Assembly: GCA_965199495.1 (NCBI GenBank)
Contig: CBDASK010000003.1
Span: 3,456,001-3,520,000 of the forward strand
From: Abditibacterium sp.
Lineage (GTDB): Bacteria > Armatimonadota > Abditibacteriia > Abditibacteriales > Abditibacteriaceae
Length of the DNA stretch: 64,000 nucleotides
Reading direction: 5' to 3'
Part shown: one piece after another, positions 44,713 to 54,501 of the stretch
How the letters are laid out: the number at the start of each line of letters is the position of its first letter
Numbering within the stretch: position 1 is the first letter of the stretch
Translations under genes and position numbers: made by a program
Notes under the pieces: generated by a model
What the model was told of the DNA's origin: nothing
Database searches by the model: none
What the model saw: the letters and a program-made list of their open reading frames with translations, nothing else

Positions 44713-47700
44713 ATGTCACTATTTTCACGCCTCGAAGAGCGCATGCGTGCGCGAGATTCGCAAGACGATTCCAAAGAAAAGCCCGCCAAATCCGAGCCGG
44801 AAAAAGGCGGACTTTTCGGCTCCATTGAACTCGGCCCCGCCGAAGAAGAAACGAGCGTGCCGCCGCCTTCGACTGCGGACGAAAGCGCCCCCGCCACAAA
44901 TGCGCCGCGCGAAGTGCCGTCTATCGTGGACGCGCGCGCCGAATTCGACCGCGCGCGCGCCGAGTTGGGAACGGGATGGTTCCGGCGCAATGCCGAAGCG
45001 ACTTCCGACCAGACCGACGAGGTGCCGCTCGACGAAACCGCGCACGCCAGTTTCGGCGCGGTGTCTCTGCCGCCCGTCGCGAATGACAATGCCGAGGCGC
45101 CTGATGTTGATGCGTCCACGGAAATGCCGATGCCCCAGCCCCTCGTCAGTTCGCCTGTCGCCGAGCAATCGTTGATTTCGACGCCGGAAATTGACGCGGA
45201 AATCGCGCCGCCGCCGATGCAGCCACCGGCCACAGAAAGCGGGATCGCGCCCGACGAAACCGTCATTTATGCGCCCACCGCCCCAGCAGAATCGCAGGGA
45301 GAAGAAGCGCGTGATTTCGTGCCCGCGATGGAACAGTCGCGAACTGCCGAAATCATTGAGGCGCCCGTAGAAACTCTCGAAATGTCGGTCGCTGAAACGC
45401 CAAAAATTGAAGACAAATCCACGCCCGTCGTGCGGCCCGGCGGCAACTCGAACTTGACGCCTTTTCAACGCTTAATGGCCGCGCGCGCCGCGCAGGGTGG
45501 CCCGCCCGTTTCGCGCCCGCGCATCGAACGTCCCGCTCCCGTCGTTCACGCGCCGGTCACCCAAACGCCCGTTATTGAACCACCCGTTATTGAACCACCC
45601 GTTATTGAACCACCCGTTATTGAACCACCCGTTGTGGAAACGCCCGTTGCGGAACTGCCCGTTGCGGAACTGCCCGAAGTTGAAACACTGGTCGCTGAAA
45701 CGCTGGCCGTTGAAGCGCCTATTGCGGAAACACCGGAAGTTGAAACGCTGGCCGTTGAAGCGCCCATTGCGGAAACACCGGTCGTCGAAACACCGGAAGT
45801 TGAAGCACCGGTGAATTCCACGACTAACGTTGAAGTGCCTGAAGCTCAAGTGCCTGAAGCTGAAACTTCGGAAGTTGACACGCTCGAAACTCAAGCGCCC
45901 GAAGTCGAAACGCCGGTTGTTGAAGAGAGTGCAAATCACTTCGAGGAAGTCGAGTTGCCAGCACAGGAAGCGATTCCGCAAATCGAAGTTCCAACCGAGG
46001 AAGTTTCAACCGAGGAAGTTCCCGCTGAGGAAATCGAGCAATCGGAACACGTTGTCGCGTCCGAATCGAGCAGCGAAGAATCCCGCGATGGAACGATGGA
46101 TGAGCTGATTGGCGAGCCGCAAGCGCAGGAAACTTATCCCATCGCTGAGGCGCCCAGTGTTGCCGAGGCTTTGGCCGATGCAGTTGCGCAATACCGCGAA
46201 TCCAGTACGACGGAATCCGATGCGACGGAATCTGAGCCAGTGGCCGAAACGGTGATAGAAGAGTCAATCGACGACGCATTGCCGGAGCAATCGCCGCGCG
46301 TTGAGTCCGAATTGGTGCAGGTGCCCGACGCCGTGGCTGATGCCGCGCCAGAGGAAAGCGAACCCGAACCTGTGGCGGAGACAATGCCCGCCGAACCTTC
46401 GCGGACGGCGGCGCCGGTTTCGTTCGCCGAGCGCTTGGCGGCACGCAAACGCCTTCAGGAAGCCCCCGCCGAAGTCGCGTCCAAGGGTGCGCCCGCCGCC
46501 GATGCGCCCGCCGTTGACGAAGTTGAAGCGCCCCCAACTCCCATGAATCTCGCGCCTCCGCCCGCTCCCAACGAAACGCCGCAACGTTCGGCGCCGCGCA
46601 GCTTTTCCGAGCGTTTGGCGTCGCGCACTGGTCTCGACCGCAATCTGCAAGCGCCCGTCGAAGAAGCAGCCACGCCGCAGGACTTGGCCAAACAGAGCGC
46701 CGAATTGGCGCGCATTGACCAGAGCGTGGAACTGTCGGAACGCGAAATGAAAAATCGCGTTTTGTTTCGTCAAAAAAACCTGATGTTCGATGCGGTCGTC
46801 GGCTCGCTCGATCAGCGCGCGTTGCAAAATCCGACGCGCGAAATCGTCAAACCACAAATCGAGCGCGCCGTTGATAATTCGCTACGCGAATTTGAGATGG
46901 CGCTCGAACCCGTTGACCGCAACTGGTTGGTAGACGAGTTCGTGCGCGAAACCACTGATCTGGGCGCGCTCGTGCCGATGCTCGAAGACCCCAGCGTTAG
47001 CAAAATCGTGGTGACCGGCGCCAACGACGTTTCGGTCGAGCGTCTGGGCCGCGTCGAGCGCACTGGCATTTCGTTTCGCGACGACGATCATCTGCTTTCG
47101 ATTGTGCGCCGCATGGCCGAAATGAGCGGCGGGCGCGTGGATGCTAAAGTGCCTTTGCTGGATCGGCCTCTGCCCGACGGCGGGCGCATTCGCGCCAAAG
47201 TGCCGCCGCTCGCGCCGCTTCCCACGCTGACCATCGAAAAATCCACCGGCAATCCGTTTGTCGCGCTCAAGCGCCAAATGGACGATAAATCGCGCAACGA
47301 AGCGTTGCCCTACGCGCAACTGCGCGAACGGATTCAGCAGCGTTTGCTGCGCGAATTCGAGGGCGACGCCGCCGCTTTGGGCGGCGACCAGGAGAAACTG
47401 CGCGAACAGGTCGAAGAGATGATCGGCTCGGTCATCGCCGAAGAACGCGTCGCCGTGACGCGCGCTGAACGCGCCAGTCTCGTGATGGATTTGCTCAACG
47501 AAATCGTTGGATTGGGGCCAATCGAACCGCTCCTCAACGATCCCGATATTGACGAAGTGATGGTCAACGGGCCATATCAGATTTACGTTGAGCGCAGGGG
47601 CAAACTCGAACTTTCCAATCAGCGTTTTCGCGACAACGCTCACGTCATGCAGGTCATTGACCGCATCGTGGCGCCTTTGGGCCGTCGCGTGGACGAAAAA

Positions 47701-48606
47701 TCACCGATGGTGGACGGACGACTGCGTGACGGCTCGCGGTTTAACGCGGTTATCCCGCCGCTCGCGCTGAGCGGCCCGACGATGACGATTCGCAAATTCG
47801 CGCGCGATCCGTTTACGATGAGCGATCTCATCAACTTCGGCACCCTGACGCGCGAGGCCGCGCAGTTCTTGCAGGCCGCCGTCGAAGGACGTTTGAATAT
47901 CATCGTTTCGGGCGGCACCGGTTCGGGTAAAACCACAACGCTCAACGTGTTGTCGAGCTTTATTCCATCAACCGAGCGCATCGTGACCATTGAAGACGCC
48001 GCCGAATTGCAGATGCGTCAGGAACACGTCATTCGCATGGAGACGCGCCCGCCCAACATCGAGGGCGTCGGCGAAGTCGGCATTCGCGATTTGGTGCGCA
48101 ACAGCTTGCGTATGCGCCCCGACCGCATCGTTGTCGGCGAATGTCGCGGCGGCGAGGCGTTGGATATGTTGCAGGCGATGAATACCGGGCACGACGGCAG
48201 TTTGACGACGGCGCACTCCAACGGGCCGCGCGACACCTGCAAACGTTTGGAAACGATGGTGATGATGGCCGGGTTTGACCTGCCGGTGCGCGCCATTCGC
48301 GAGCAGATTTCGATGGCGGTTCAGCTCATCGTTCACCAGGAGCGCATGCGAGATGGCAAACGCCGTGTTACAGCAATCACTGAGATCGTCGGCATGGAAA
48401 GCGACGTGCTGACGTTGCAGGACATTTTTCGCTTTGTGCAAGAGGGCATTGACGAAGAAGGCCGCATCATAGGCGGTCTGCAAGCCACCGGCATGCGCCC
48501 GAAATACTACGAAACCATCGTGGATAACGGAGTGCAACTTTCGATGGATTTGTTCGCGCCCAAGCCGTACGAAGCGTCCCCGCGTCCCCGCCTGGGATCT
48601 CGATAA
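44713..48606 (+). CDS. cpaF: CpaF/TadA pilus assembly ATPase with very long acidic N-terminus and duplicated N-domain
   Basis: C-terminus has GLGPIEPLL.D, GGTGSGKTT, TIEDAAEL, RMRPDRIVVGE.RG.EA and MNTGHDG. Confidence 0.9.
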   Translation: MSLFSRLEERMRARDSQDDSKEKPAKSEPEKGGLFGSIELGPAEEETSVPPPSTADESAPATNAPREVPSIVDARAEFDRARAELGTGWFRRNAEATSDQTDEVPLDETAHASFGAVSLPPVANDNAEAPDVDASTEMPMPQPLVSSPVAEQSLISTPEIDAEIAPPPMQPPATESGIAPDETVIYAPTAPAESQGEEARDFVPAMEQSRTAEIIEAPVETLEMSVAETPKIEDKSTPVVRPGGNSNLTPFQRLMAARAAQGGPPVSRPRIERPAPVVHAPVTQTPVIEPPVIEPPVIEPPVIEPPVVETPVAELPVAELPEVETLVAETLAVEAPIAETPEVETLAVEAPIAETPVVETPEVEAPVNSTTNVEVPEAQVPEAETSEVDTLETQAPEVETPVVEESANHFEEVELPAQEAIPQIEVPTEEVSTEEVPAEEIEQSEHVVASESSSEESRDGTMDELIGEPQAQETYPIAEAPSVAEALADAVAQYRESSTTESDATESEPVAETVIEESIDDALPEQSPRVESELVQVPDAVADAAPEESEPEPVAETMPAEPSRTAAPVSFAERLAARKRLQEAPAEVASKGAPAADAPAVDEVEAPPTPMNLAPPPAPNETPQRSAPRSFSERLASRTGLDRNLQAPVEEAATPQDLAKQSAELARIDQSVELSEREMKNRVLFRQKNLMFDAVVGSLDQRALQNPTREIVKPQIERAVDNSLREFEMALEPVDRNWLVDEFVRETTDLGALVPMLEDPSVSKIVVTGANDVSVERLGRVERTGISFRDDDHLLSIVRRMAEMSGGRVDAKVPLLDRPLPDGGRIRAKVPPLAPLPTLTIEKSTGNPFVALKRQMDDKSRNEALPYAQLRERIQQRLLREFEGDAAALGGDQEKLREQVEEMIGSVIAEERVAVTRAERASLVMDLLNEIVGLGPIEPLLNDPDIDEVMVNGPYQIYVERRGKLELSNQRFRDNAHVMQVIDRIVAPLGRRVDEKSPMVDGRLRDGSRFNAVIPPLALSGPTMTIRKFARDPFTMSDLINFGTLTREAAQFLQAAVEGRLNIIVSGGTGSGKTTTLNVLSSFIPSTERIVTIEDAAELQMRQEHVIRMETRPPNIEGVGEVGIRDLVRNSLRMRPDRIVVGECRGGEALDMLQAMNTGHDGSLTTAHSNGPRDTCKRLETMVMMAGFDLPVRAIREQISMAVQLIVHQERMRDGKRRVTAITEIVGMESDVLTLQDIFRFVQEGIDEEGRIIGGLQATGMRPKYYETIVDNGVQLSMDLFAPKPYEASPRPRLGSR
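45571..45630 (+). repeat. 15-bp coding tandem repeat (GTTATTGAACCACCC)x4 encoding VIEPP
   Basis: Four exact units followed by degenerate VETP/VAELP units. Confidence 0.9.
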
Positions 48607-48617
48607 ATTAAAGTTCT

Positions 48618-49652
48618 ATGCCGTCACTGCTCTTTTTCTTCATCGCCGCTCTGGTCTTGAGCGGCGTGGCTCTTATCGCGCTGGGCCTGTTCGACCGTCA
48701 ACAAGAGGCGTCCGAATACAACATGGCCCAGCGTTTGGAGCGGGTTTCGACGGCGCGCAACAAACGCGTTTCGGTCGAAGATATGGACGCCGACCGCGAC
48801 TTCGCCAAGTTCGAGGAAGAGCGGATGCGCAAATCGCAGCGCCGCACGACCTATTTGCCCACGGTTTCGGAATACGCCGCCAAAAACAACTGGGTCATGC
48901 GCCTGGAAGAAGAGCTGATTCAGGTGCGTTCGCAGTGGCGCGCGACCGAACTTTTGGCGGGTTCGATCTTTTTAGCCGTTCTGGTTTTGACGATTGCGAT
49001 GGTCGTGGGCTTGGGGTTCTGGTCGTTTCTCATCGCCGCGCCGTTTCTGCTGTTGCCGCGCATTTACGTGCGCATTAAGCGCGCGGCCTATTATCGCAAA
49101 TTCGACGACCAATTGTCCGACGCGCTGATGTTGATGTCGAATTCGCTACGCGCGGGTTTTTCGTTTTTGCAGGCGATGGAAATGGTGGCGCGCGAGGCGC
49201 CCTCGCCCATCGGGGATGAGTTCGCGCGCGTCACGCAGGAAATCGGGCTGGGCGTGCCGATCGGCGAGGCGCTCAATGCGCTGAGCGCGCGCATCAAAAG
49301 CATGGATTTGGCTTTGGTCGTGACGGCAGTTGTGATTCAGCGCGAAGTCGGCGGCGCCCTGGCGCAACTGCTCGAACTCATCGCTGCCGTGATTCGCGAG
49401 CGCCAGACCATCAAAGGCGAAATTCGCACGCTCACTTCGCAGGGCCGCTTGACCGGCTACATTCTGGGCATGATGCCGATTTCGGTCGGTCTGGCGATTT
49501 TGCTGGTGGGCCGCGCCGTGGCTCCCAACGACCCGTCGTTCATTGACCCGCTAATTCACACATTTTTTGGCAATCTAATGTTAATTGGCGCCTTCATCTG
49601 GCAAATGATCGGCTTTTGGCTAATTATGCGCATAGTCTCGATTAAGGTCTAA
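48618..49652 (+). CDS. tadB: Tad pilus inner-membrane protein TadB
   Basis: QL.DAL.L..SLRAGFS, P..EF, IQREVGG.L, IRER, LTSQGR; follows cpaF. Confidence 0.9.
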   Translation: MPSLLFFFIAALVLSGVALIALGLFDRQQEASEYNMAQRLERVSTARNKRVSVEDMDADRDFAKFEEERMRKSQRRTTYLPTVSEYAAKNNWVMRLEEELIQVRSQWRATELLAGSIFLAVLVLTIAMVVGLGFWSFLIAAPFLLLPRIYVRIKRAAYYRKFDDQLSDALMLMSNSLRAGFSFLQAMEMVAREAPSPIGDEFARVTQEIGLGVPIGEALNALSARIKSMDLALVVTAVVIQREVGGALAQLLELIAAVIRERQTIKGEIRTLTSQGRLTGYILGMMPISVGLAILLVGRAVAPNDPSFIDPLIHTFFGNLMLIGAFIWQMIGFWLIMRIVSIKV

Positions 49653-49659
49653 ATTTTTA

Positions 49660-49757
49660 GAGGAACAAGGGGCAGGGAACAGGGAACAAGAATTGGCGAA
49701 TCCACTTAGATTTTCAATTTCTTCACCTTGTTCCCTGCTCCCTGATCCTTGTCCCTT
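49660..49757. repeat. Heptamer-unit imperfect inverted repeat (GGGAACA-like)
   Basis: gaggaacaaggggcagggaacagggaacaag is mirrored by ccttgttccctgctccctgatccttgtccc. Confidence 0.6.
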
Positions 49758-49763
49758 ACCCAA

Positions 49764-50669
49764 ATGCAAGAAGCTCCTAATCTTCCGTCCTCAACGCCGC
49801 GCCCGGTCGCGACATCGAGCAAAGGTCGCGTCACCGACCGTATTTTGCCGCCGCAAGAACGGTCGGTGCGCCAGAGCTTTCTCAAGCGCGCGATTTTCCC
49901 TTATTTCGAGCGGGCTACGGAGGCGCCGCGTTCGCTCAGTCGCCTCTTCAACGAAAACGAAATTCGCGTGCGTCTGCTACGCGCCGGTTTTCCGATGGGA
50001 CTGCGCGCCTCGACGTTTCGCGTTATCAAAATGCTCGGCGTTTTTCTGGGCGCGTTTCTGTTTCTGATTTATTTTCCCGTGCTGAACAAAATTTTCGGCC
50101 CGGCGTTTCACTTTGTGTTGCCCTTGTGGTTTCTGCCGTTCTGGGTCGGCATCGGCGCGTTTTACGGCTTTCGCATGCCCGATATTTGGCTGGGCATCCA
50201 AATCTCCAAACGCCAGAAAGAGATTCAATTGATTCTGCCCGACATGATTGACCTGATTTCGATTTCGGTCGAAGCCGGGCTGGGATTGATGATGGCGATC
50301 AAGCGCATTTCGGAGCGTTTTCCTAACGCTTTATCGGAAGAATTTTTGCGCACTTTGCAGGAAGTTCAACTGGGCGTTGACCAACCTTCGGCGCTGCGCG
50401 ATATGGCCCGTCGCGTCGGCTCCGACGATTTAAGCACGCTTCTCACCGCCATCGTGCAAGCCGAACTTTTGGGCTTGGCCGTCAGCAATGTGTTGCGCGT
50501 GCAGAGCGAGCGTTTGCGCGAACGGCGCAGCCAGCGCGCCCGCGAAGCCGCGCAAAAAGCGCCGATTAAAATGACATTTCCCCTCGTTTTGTTCATTTTT
50601 CCCGCGCTCTTCATCGTGATTTTAGGCCCGGCGATGATCAAGATATTTCTGGGACAAGGCGCATTTTAA
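49764..50669 (+). CDS. tadC: Tad pilus inner-membrane protein TadC
   Basis: LPDMIDL..ISVEAGLG, L.EEF, QAE.LG, A.E.AQKAPIKM.FPLV.FIFPA. Confidence 0.9.
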   Translation: MQEAPNLPSSTPRPVATSSKGRVTDRILPPQERSVRQSFLKRAIFPYFERATEAPRSLSRLFNENEIRVRLLRAGFPMGLRASTFRVIKMLGVFLGAFLFLIYFPVLNKIFGPAFHFVLPLWFLPFWVGIGAFYGFRMPDIWLGIQISKRQKEIQLILPDMIDLISISVEAGLGLMMAIKRISERFPNALSEEFLRTLQEVQLGVDQPSALRDMARRVGSDDLSTLLTAIVQAELLGLAVSNVLRVQSERLRERRSQRAREAAQKAPIKMTFPLVLFIFPALFIVILGPAMIKIFLGQGAF

Positions 50670-50718
50670 TAAGTGCGAGTGAGCGAAAACGGCGCGCAAC
50701 TCGCACCTGACTCGCGCG

Positions 50719-51528
50719 ATGAAATTTGGAATTTGTTGCGCGCCCGACGCGCTGGGCGATCCCGCCCATTCACTCGAACTGCTCGCCGATGCGGGCGCCG
50801 ATTATGTCGAATGGGGCGTTGGTTCGACCATGAAAAGCGAGGGCGAGTGGGAAAAACTGCGCGCCGTTGTTGCCAACTCGTCGCTCAAACCCGAAGCGTT
50901 CAACGGGTTTATTCCGGCCTCGCACCGCATCACCGGCCCCGATGTCGAACTCGATGAAGTCCTCGATTATGCCAGCGAAGCGATGCGCCGTTGCCGCGCC
51001 TTGGGCGCCGAAATTATCGTTCTGGGGAGCGGCGGCGCGCGCCAATTGAAGGAAGGTTGGGAGCCGACTCGTGGTTTAGACCAGTTCGAGACCTTTTGTC
51101 GCGAACTCGGCCCGCGCGCCGCGCAGCACGATATTATCGTCGCCATCGAGCCGCTCAACCGCAGCGAAGATAATCTGATCAACAGCGTCGCGGCGGGCGC
51201 GGCGATTGTGGATGCGGTTGAGCATCCCAATATCAAACTGTTGGCCGATTTCTATCACATGTTCCACGACGATGAAGCCACGGCGGACGTGGCCAAAGTC
51301 GGCTCGCGTTTGGTTCACACGCATCTGGCCGACTTGGGCCGCGTCGCGCCCGGTTGCGCCACCGAAGGCGAGGCCGATTTCGTCGGGTTTTTCCGCGCGC
51401 TGCACGCGGCAAATTACGACGCCCGTTGCAGTTTCGAGGGCAAAACGCACGATTTGGCGGCGCAGGCCGCAGCAATTATCGCGCACATGAAAAAGCGCCA
51501 TAGCCAAGCGATTGAATCGTCGTTTTGA
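50719..51528 (+). CDS. Sugar phosphate isomerase/epimerase (xylose isomerase-like TIM barrel)
   Basis: GADYVE, VLGSGGAR, IEPLN..E, ADFYHM, H.H.AD, SFEG. Confidence 0.85.
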   Translation: MKFGICCAPDALGDPAHSLELLADAGADYVEWGVGSTMKSEGEWEKLRAVVANSSLKPEAFNGFIPASHRITGPDVELDEVLDYASEAMRRCRALGAEIIVLGSGGARQLKEGWEPTRGLDQFETFCRELGPRAAQHDIIVAIEPLNRSEDNLINSVAAGAAIVDAVEHPNIKLLADFYHMFHDDEATADVAKVGSRLVHTHLADLGRVAPGCATEGEADFVGFFRALHAANYDARCSFEGKTHDLAAQAAAIIAHMKKRHSQAIESSF

Positions 51529-51561
51529 GCGGGCAACTTTCGGAATTATCCGGCTTCTAAC

Positions 51562-51775
51562 TAACCCCGTGTGCAAGTTGTTTTTAGCTCCTCGCCTTGT
51601 CATTCTGAGCGGAGAGAGGAACGAACGAAGTCGAAGAATCCATGACGTATCACTCGCGATGAACGTCAAACTCCGTCGCAACCTGTGGATTCTTCGACTT
51701 CGTTCGTTCCTCACTCCACTCAGAATGACAAAGGAGGGAGAGATTGAACGTGAATAGAACTTGCACACGGGGTTA
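51562..51775. mobile_element. Nested palindromic element: MITE-like outer TIR enclosing a GTCATTCTGAG-type palindrome
   Basis: Perfect 18-bp terminal inverted repeats TAACCCCGTGTGCAAGTT/AACTTGCACACGGGGTTA; inner arms at about 51597-51641 and 51687-51731. Confidence 0.6.
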
Positions 51776-51780
51776 ACTAT

Positions 51781-51816
51781 CGAGCATTGACATTATGCTC
51801 GCTTGAAAAATAAAAT
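51781..51816 (+). promoter_or_regulatory. Sigma70-type promoter with overlapping palindrome
   Basis: TTGACA (51787)-N18-TAAAAT (51811); CGAGCAT-N7-ATGCTCG straddles the -35 element. Confidence 0.55.
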
Positions 51817-51909
51817 TAAAGCGAAGGCGACGCGGCTGATGAAAATTAGGCCGCGCCGCTTTCGCGTTATATCTGGGGCGTTTTAATCGCTAATTCAAAC
51901 TCTATTCAG

Positions 51910-53760
51910 ATGAAATTTAAACTTCTCGTTCCCGTTTTGGCGCTGGCCGTATCCGGGTGTGCGAGCCAAATGGCGCACGCCGAGACCAAAGCCTACTGGC
52001 GTTTTGAAGACGGCACGCCCGGCGATTATGCCGCCGTCGGCAAAAACGTCGGCGCCGATTCCACCGGGCAAAACTCGCTCGCCGTGGCTGCTCGCGAGAC
52101 CCGCCCGCTTTATACCGGCGATGTGCCCTTTGGCACCGTTGCACAAACTGGCGCGCCCAACAAAACCGCGATTCAACTGGACTACGCGGGCGATTTTTTC
52201 ACGCCCGATGTGCCGATTGATGGGTTCGATTTCGGCCCCAAAGGTTCCAATGCGTGGACGGTTGAGCTTTCGTTCAAGATGACGAGCGTGGATGGCGTGA
52301 GCCGTTTGTTTGGCCGCGACGGCGTGACGCCGGGTGTGGATAAACGCGGGCCGCTGCAAATTCTCGTGGTTGGCAACAACAAAAAATTCGACGTGCGCGC
52401 CGAAATTCTCGATGGTAGCAACACCTTTCGCGATGTCGTCAGCCCGGCGAATTTGCAAATCGGGCGTTGGTATAATCTGGCAGCCACGGCGAGCGCCAAC
52501 TCGCTCCAATTGTATCTCGATGCGCTCGATGGCAAAGGTTATCAAATGGTCGCGCAAAAAGAAATTAGAGGCGCGCTCAATGGCACCAAAAATCTGTTTT
52601 CTATCGGGCGTGGCTTCTCCGAACGTCCCACCGATAACATGAGCGGTTTGCTCGACGAAGTGCGCCTGAGCGATAGGACTTTGACGCCCGCGCAGTTCTT
52701 GTTTTCCAACGCCAATGGCATGGGCGTGACGGCGGCGCCCGATTATTATAAAGCGCCCGCGCCGATCAAGATTTTTTCGGGCGCTGATCCCGACACCGAT
52801 TTTTTCGCTGGCAAGTTCTGGATGTATATTACCGCGCAAAACAACATCGGCCCGAAGAACCCGGTGTTTTATGCGTTCTCGTCGCCCGATTTGAAAAGTT
52901 GGACCAAAACCGCGCAACCGATTTTCCAGTTCAAAAGCGCGCCGTGGATCGCCGCCAATGGCCGCGATTATAACGGCGCGTGGGCGCCCTGCGCCATCGA
53001 GAAAAACGGCAAATACTATCTGTATTATTCGGTCGGCCCACAAAATGCGCAAGGCCCGGCGCGCATCGGCGTGGCGGTCGGCAATTCGCCGGGCGGCCCT
53101 TTCGTGGACAGCGGCAAAGCGTTAATTACCGGCGGCAACGGCTTCGAGGCGATTGACCCCGAAGTTTTCCAAGATCCAAAGTCGGGCAAAACCTATTTGT
53201 ATGCGGGCGGCAGCGCCGGAGCCAAACTGCGCATCTGGGAAATGGCGCCCGATTTGGTCAACGTCGCGCGCGAAATTCCCGTCGAGACGCCGCCGCAATT
53301 CACCGAAGGCGTCTTTGTTCACTACGCTAACGGCCAGTATTATCTCTCGTATTCGCACGGTTTTTATGGCGGCGCGAGCTATTCGGTTCACTACGCGACA
53401 TCGAATTCGCCGGTTGGCCCGTGGCACTATCGCGGCCCGATTCTGCGCAGTGACCGCACGCGCAAAGGCCCCGGTCATCACAGTTTCGTCAAAGACCCGC
53501 GTAATGGCCAATGGGTTATCGTCTATCATCGCTGGCAAAGCCCCGACAACGGCAACCCGTTCAAAGCGCCCGGCGGTCGCAGCATAGATATTCAGCCGAT
53601 TTACTACGATGCGACCGGCGCGATTTTGCCCATCGAAATGAACAACGACGTGCCCATTTTGCGCGGCGCGGCGCCCGTGGCTGCATTGCCGCGCAAGCCT
53701 TTGGTCGGGCAAGCCGCCAAAACTTATCAGCGCCCGAAGACAGCCACGGCGACGCGCTAA
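51910..53760 (+). CDS. Exported LamG/ConA-like domain plus GH43 glycoside hydrolase
   Basis: AYWRFE and GLLDEVRLSDR.L (LamG); ADP, WAP, AIDP, FTEG and GPGHHS (GH43). Confidence 0.88.
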   Translation: MKFKLLVPVLALAVSGCASQMAHAETKAYWRFEDGTPGDYAAVGKNVGADSTGQNSLAVAARETRPLYTGDVPFGTVAQTGAPNKTAIQLDYAGDFFTPDVPIDGFDFGPKGSNAWTVELSFKMTSVDGVSRLFGRDGVTPGVDKRGPLQILVVGNNKKFDVRAEILDGSNTFRDVVSPANLQIGRWYNLAATASANSLQLYLDALDGKGYQMVAQKEIRGALNGTKNLFSIGRGFSERPTDNMSGLLDEVRLSDRTLTPAQFLFSNANGMGVTAAPDYYKAPAPIKIFSGADPDTDFFAGKFWMYITAQNNIGPKNPVFYAFSSPDLKSWTKTAQPIFQFKSAPWIAANGRDYNGAWAPCAIEKNGKYYLYYSVGPQNAQGPARIGVAVGNSPGGPFVDSGKALITGGNGFEAIDPEVFQDPKSGKTYLYAGGSAGAKLRIWEMAPDLVNVAREIPVETPPQFTEGVFVHYANGQYYLSYSHGFYGGASYSVHYATSNSPVGPWHYRGPILRSDRTRKGPGHHSFVKDPRNGQWVIVYHRWQSPDNGNPFKAPGGRSIDIQPIYYDATGAILPIEMNNDVPILRGAAPVAALPRKPLVGQAAKTYQRPKTATATR

Positions 53761-53820
53761 AAACAAAACCGTCCGCAAACCACATTGCGGGAGGTTTATT
53801 TTTTGCGGGTTTGCGCGCTC

Positions 53821-54501
53821 ATGTTGAAAACCATCGCACCCAACCAATTGTGGTGCATCGAAGCGCCGATGACGATGCTCGGTCTGCACTTCGGCGCGCG
53901 CGGGTCAATTGCGCGCTTGCACGACGATACATTATGGGTTCACGCACCGTTTGCTATTTCCGATGAAGACGAAGCCGCGATTAAAGATCAGGGCGCCGTG
54001 GCTCATATCGTGGCGCCGAACAATTTTCATTATAAAGAAATCGGCGAATTTACGCGCCACTTTCCCGATGCGCAACTGTGGGTTGTGCCCGCTCTCGCCA
54101 CCAAATTGGGCGAACTGCCGCACTTGCCTTTGCATTCGATACCGCCCGATTGGGCAAGCGATTTCGACGGCGTTTTGTTCGACGCGGCGTTGGGCTACGA
54201 AGAATGGATATTTTGTCATCGCGCCAGCAAAAGTTTAATTCTCACCGATTTAGTTTTGAACGTGCCGCGTCCCAATAATCCCATTGGTCGCGTTATTGGC
54301 GCGATTTTGGACGAAGGACGCGGCTGCAAATCGAGCCGGTTGGTGCGCGCGGCAATTTTAGGCGGGCGAGATTTAGAGACGGCGCGCGCGCAGGTGAATC
54401 AGATATTGCGTTGGGATTTCGAGCGCGTAATTATGGCGCACGGCACAATTATTCCGCGCGATGGCAAGCGCGTGTTGCGACGGGCGTTGCGTTGGATTTA
54501 G
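53821..54501 (+). CDS. DUF4336 family protein
   Basis: LWVHAP, IVAPNNFH, E..F.H.ASKSLI.TD, WDFERVIMAHG. Confidence 0.82.
   Translation: MLKTIAPNQLWCIEAPMTMLGLHFGARGSIARLHDDTLWVHAPFAISDEDEAAIKDQGAVAHIVAPNNFHYKEIGEFTRHFPDAQLWVVPALATKLGELPHLPLHSIPPDWASDFDGVLFDAALGYEEWIFCHRASKSLILTDLVLNVPRPNNPIGRVIGAILDEGRGCKSSRLVRAAILGGRDLETARAQVNQILRWDFERVIMAHGTIIPRDGKRVLRRALRWI

Noticed and set aside
45571..45800. Tandem repeats considered as a non-coding array or VNTR element
   Set aside because: Units are multiples of 3 and in frame within cpaF, so they are low-complexity protein sequence.
51895..53052. 385-aa minus-strand ORF
   Set aside because: Antisense to the LamG-GH43 gene, with no independent support.
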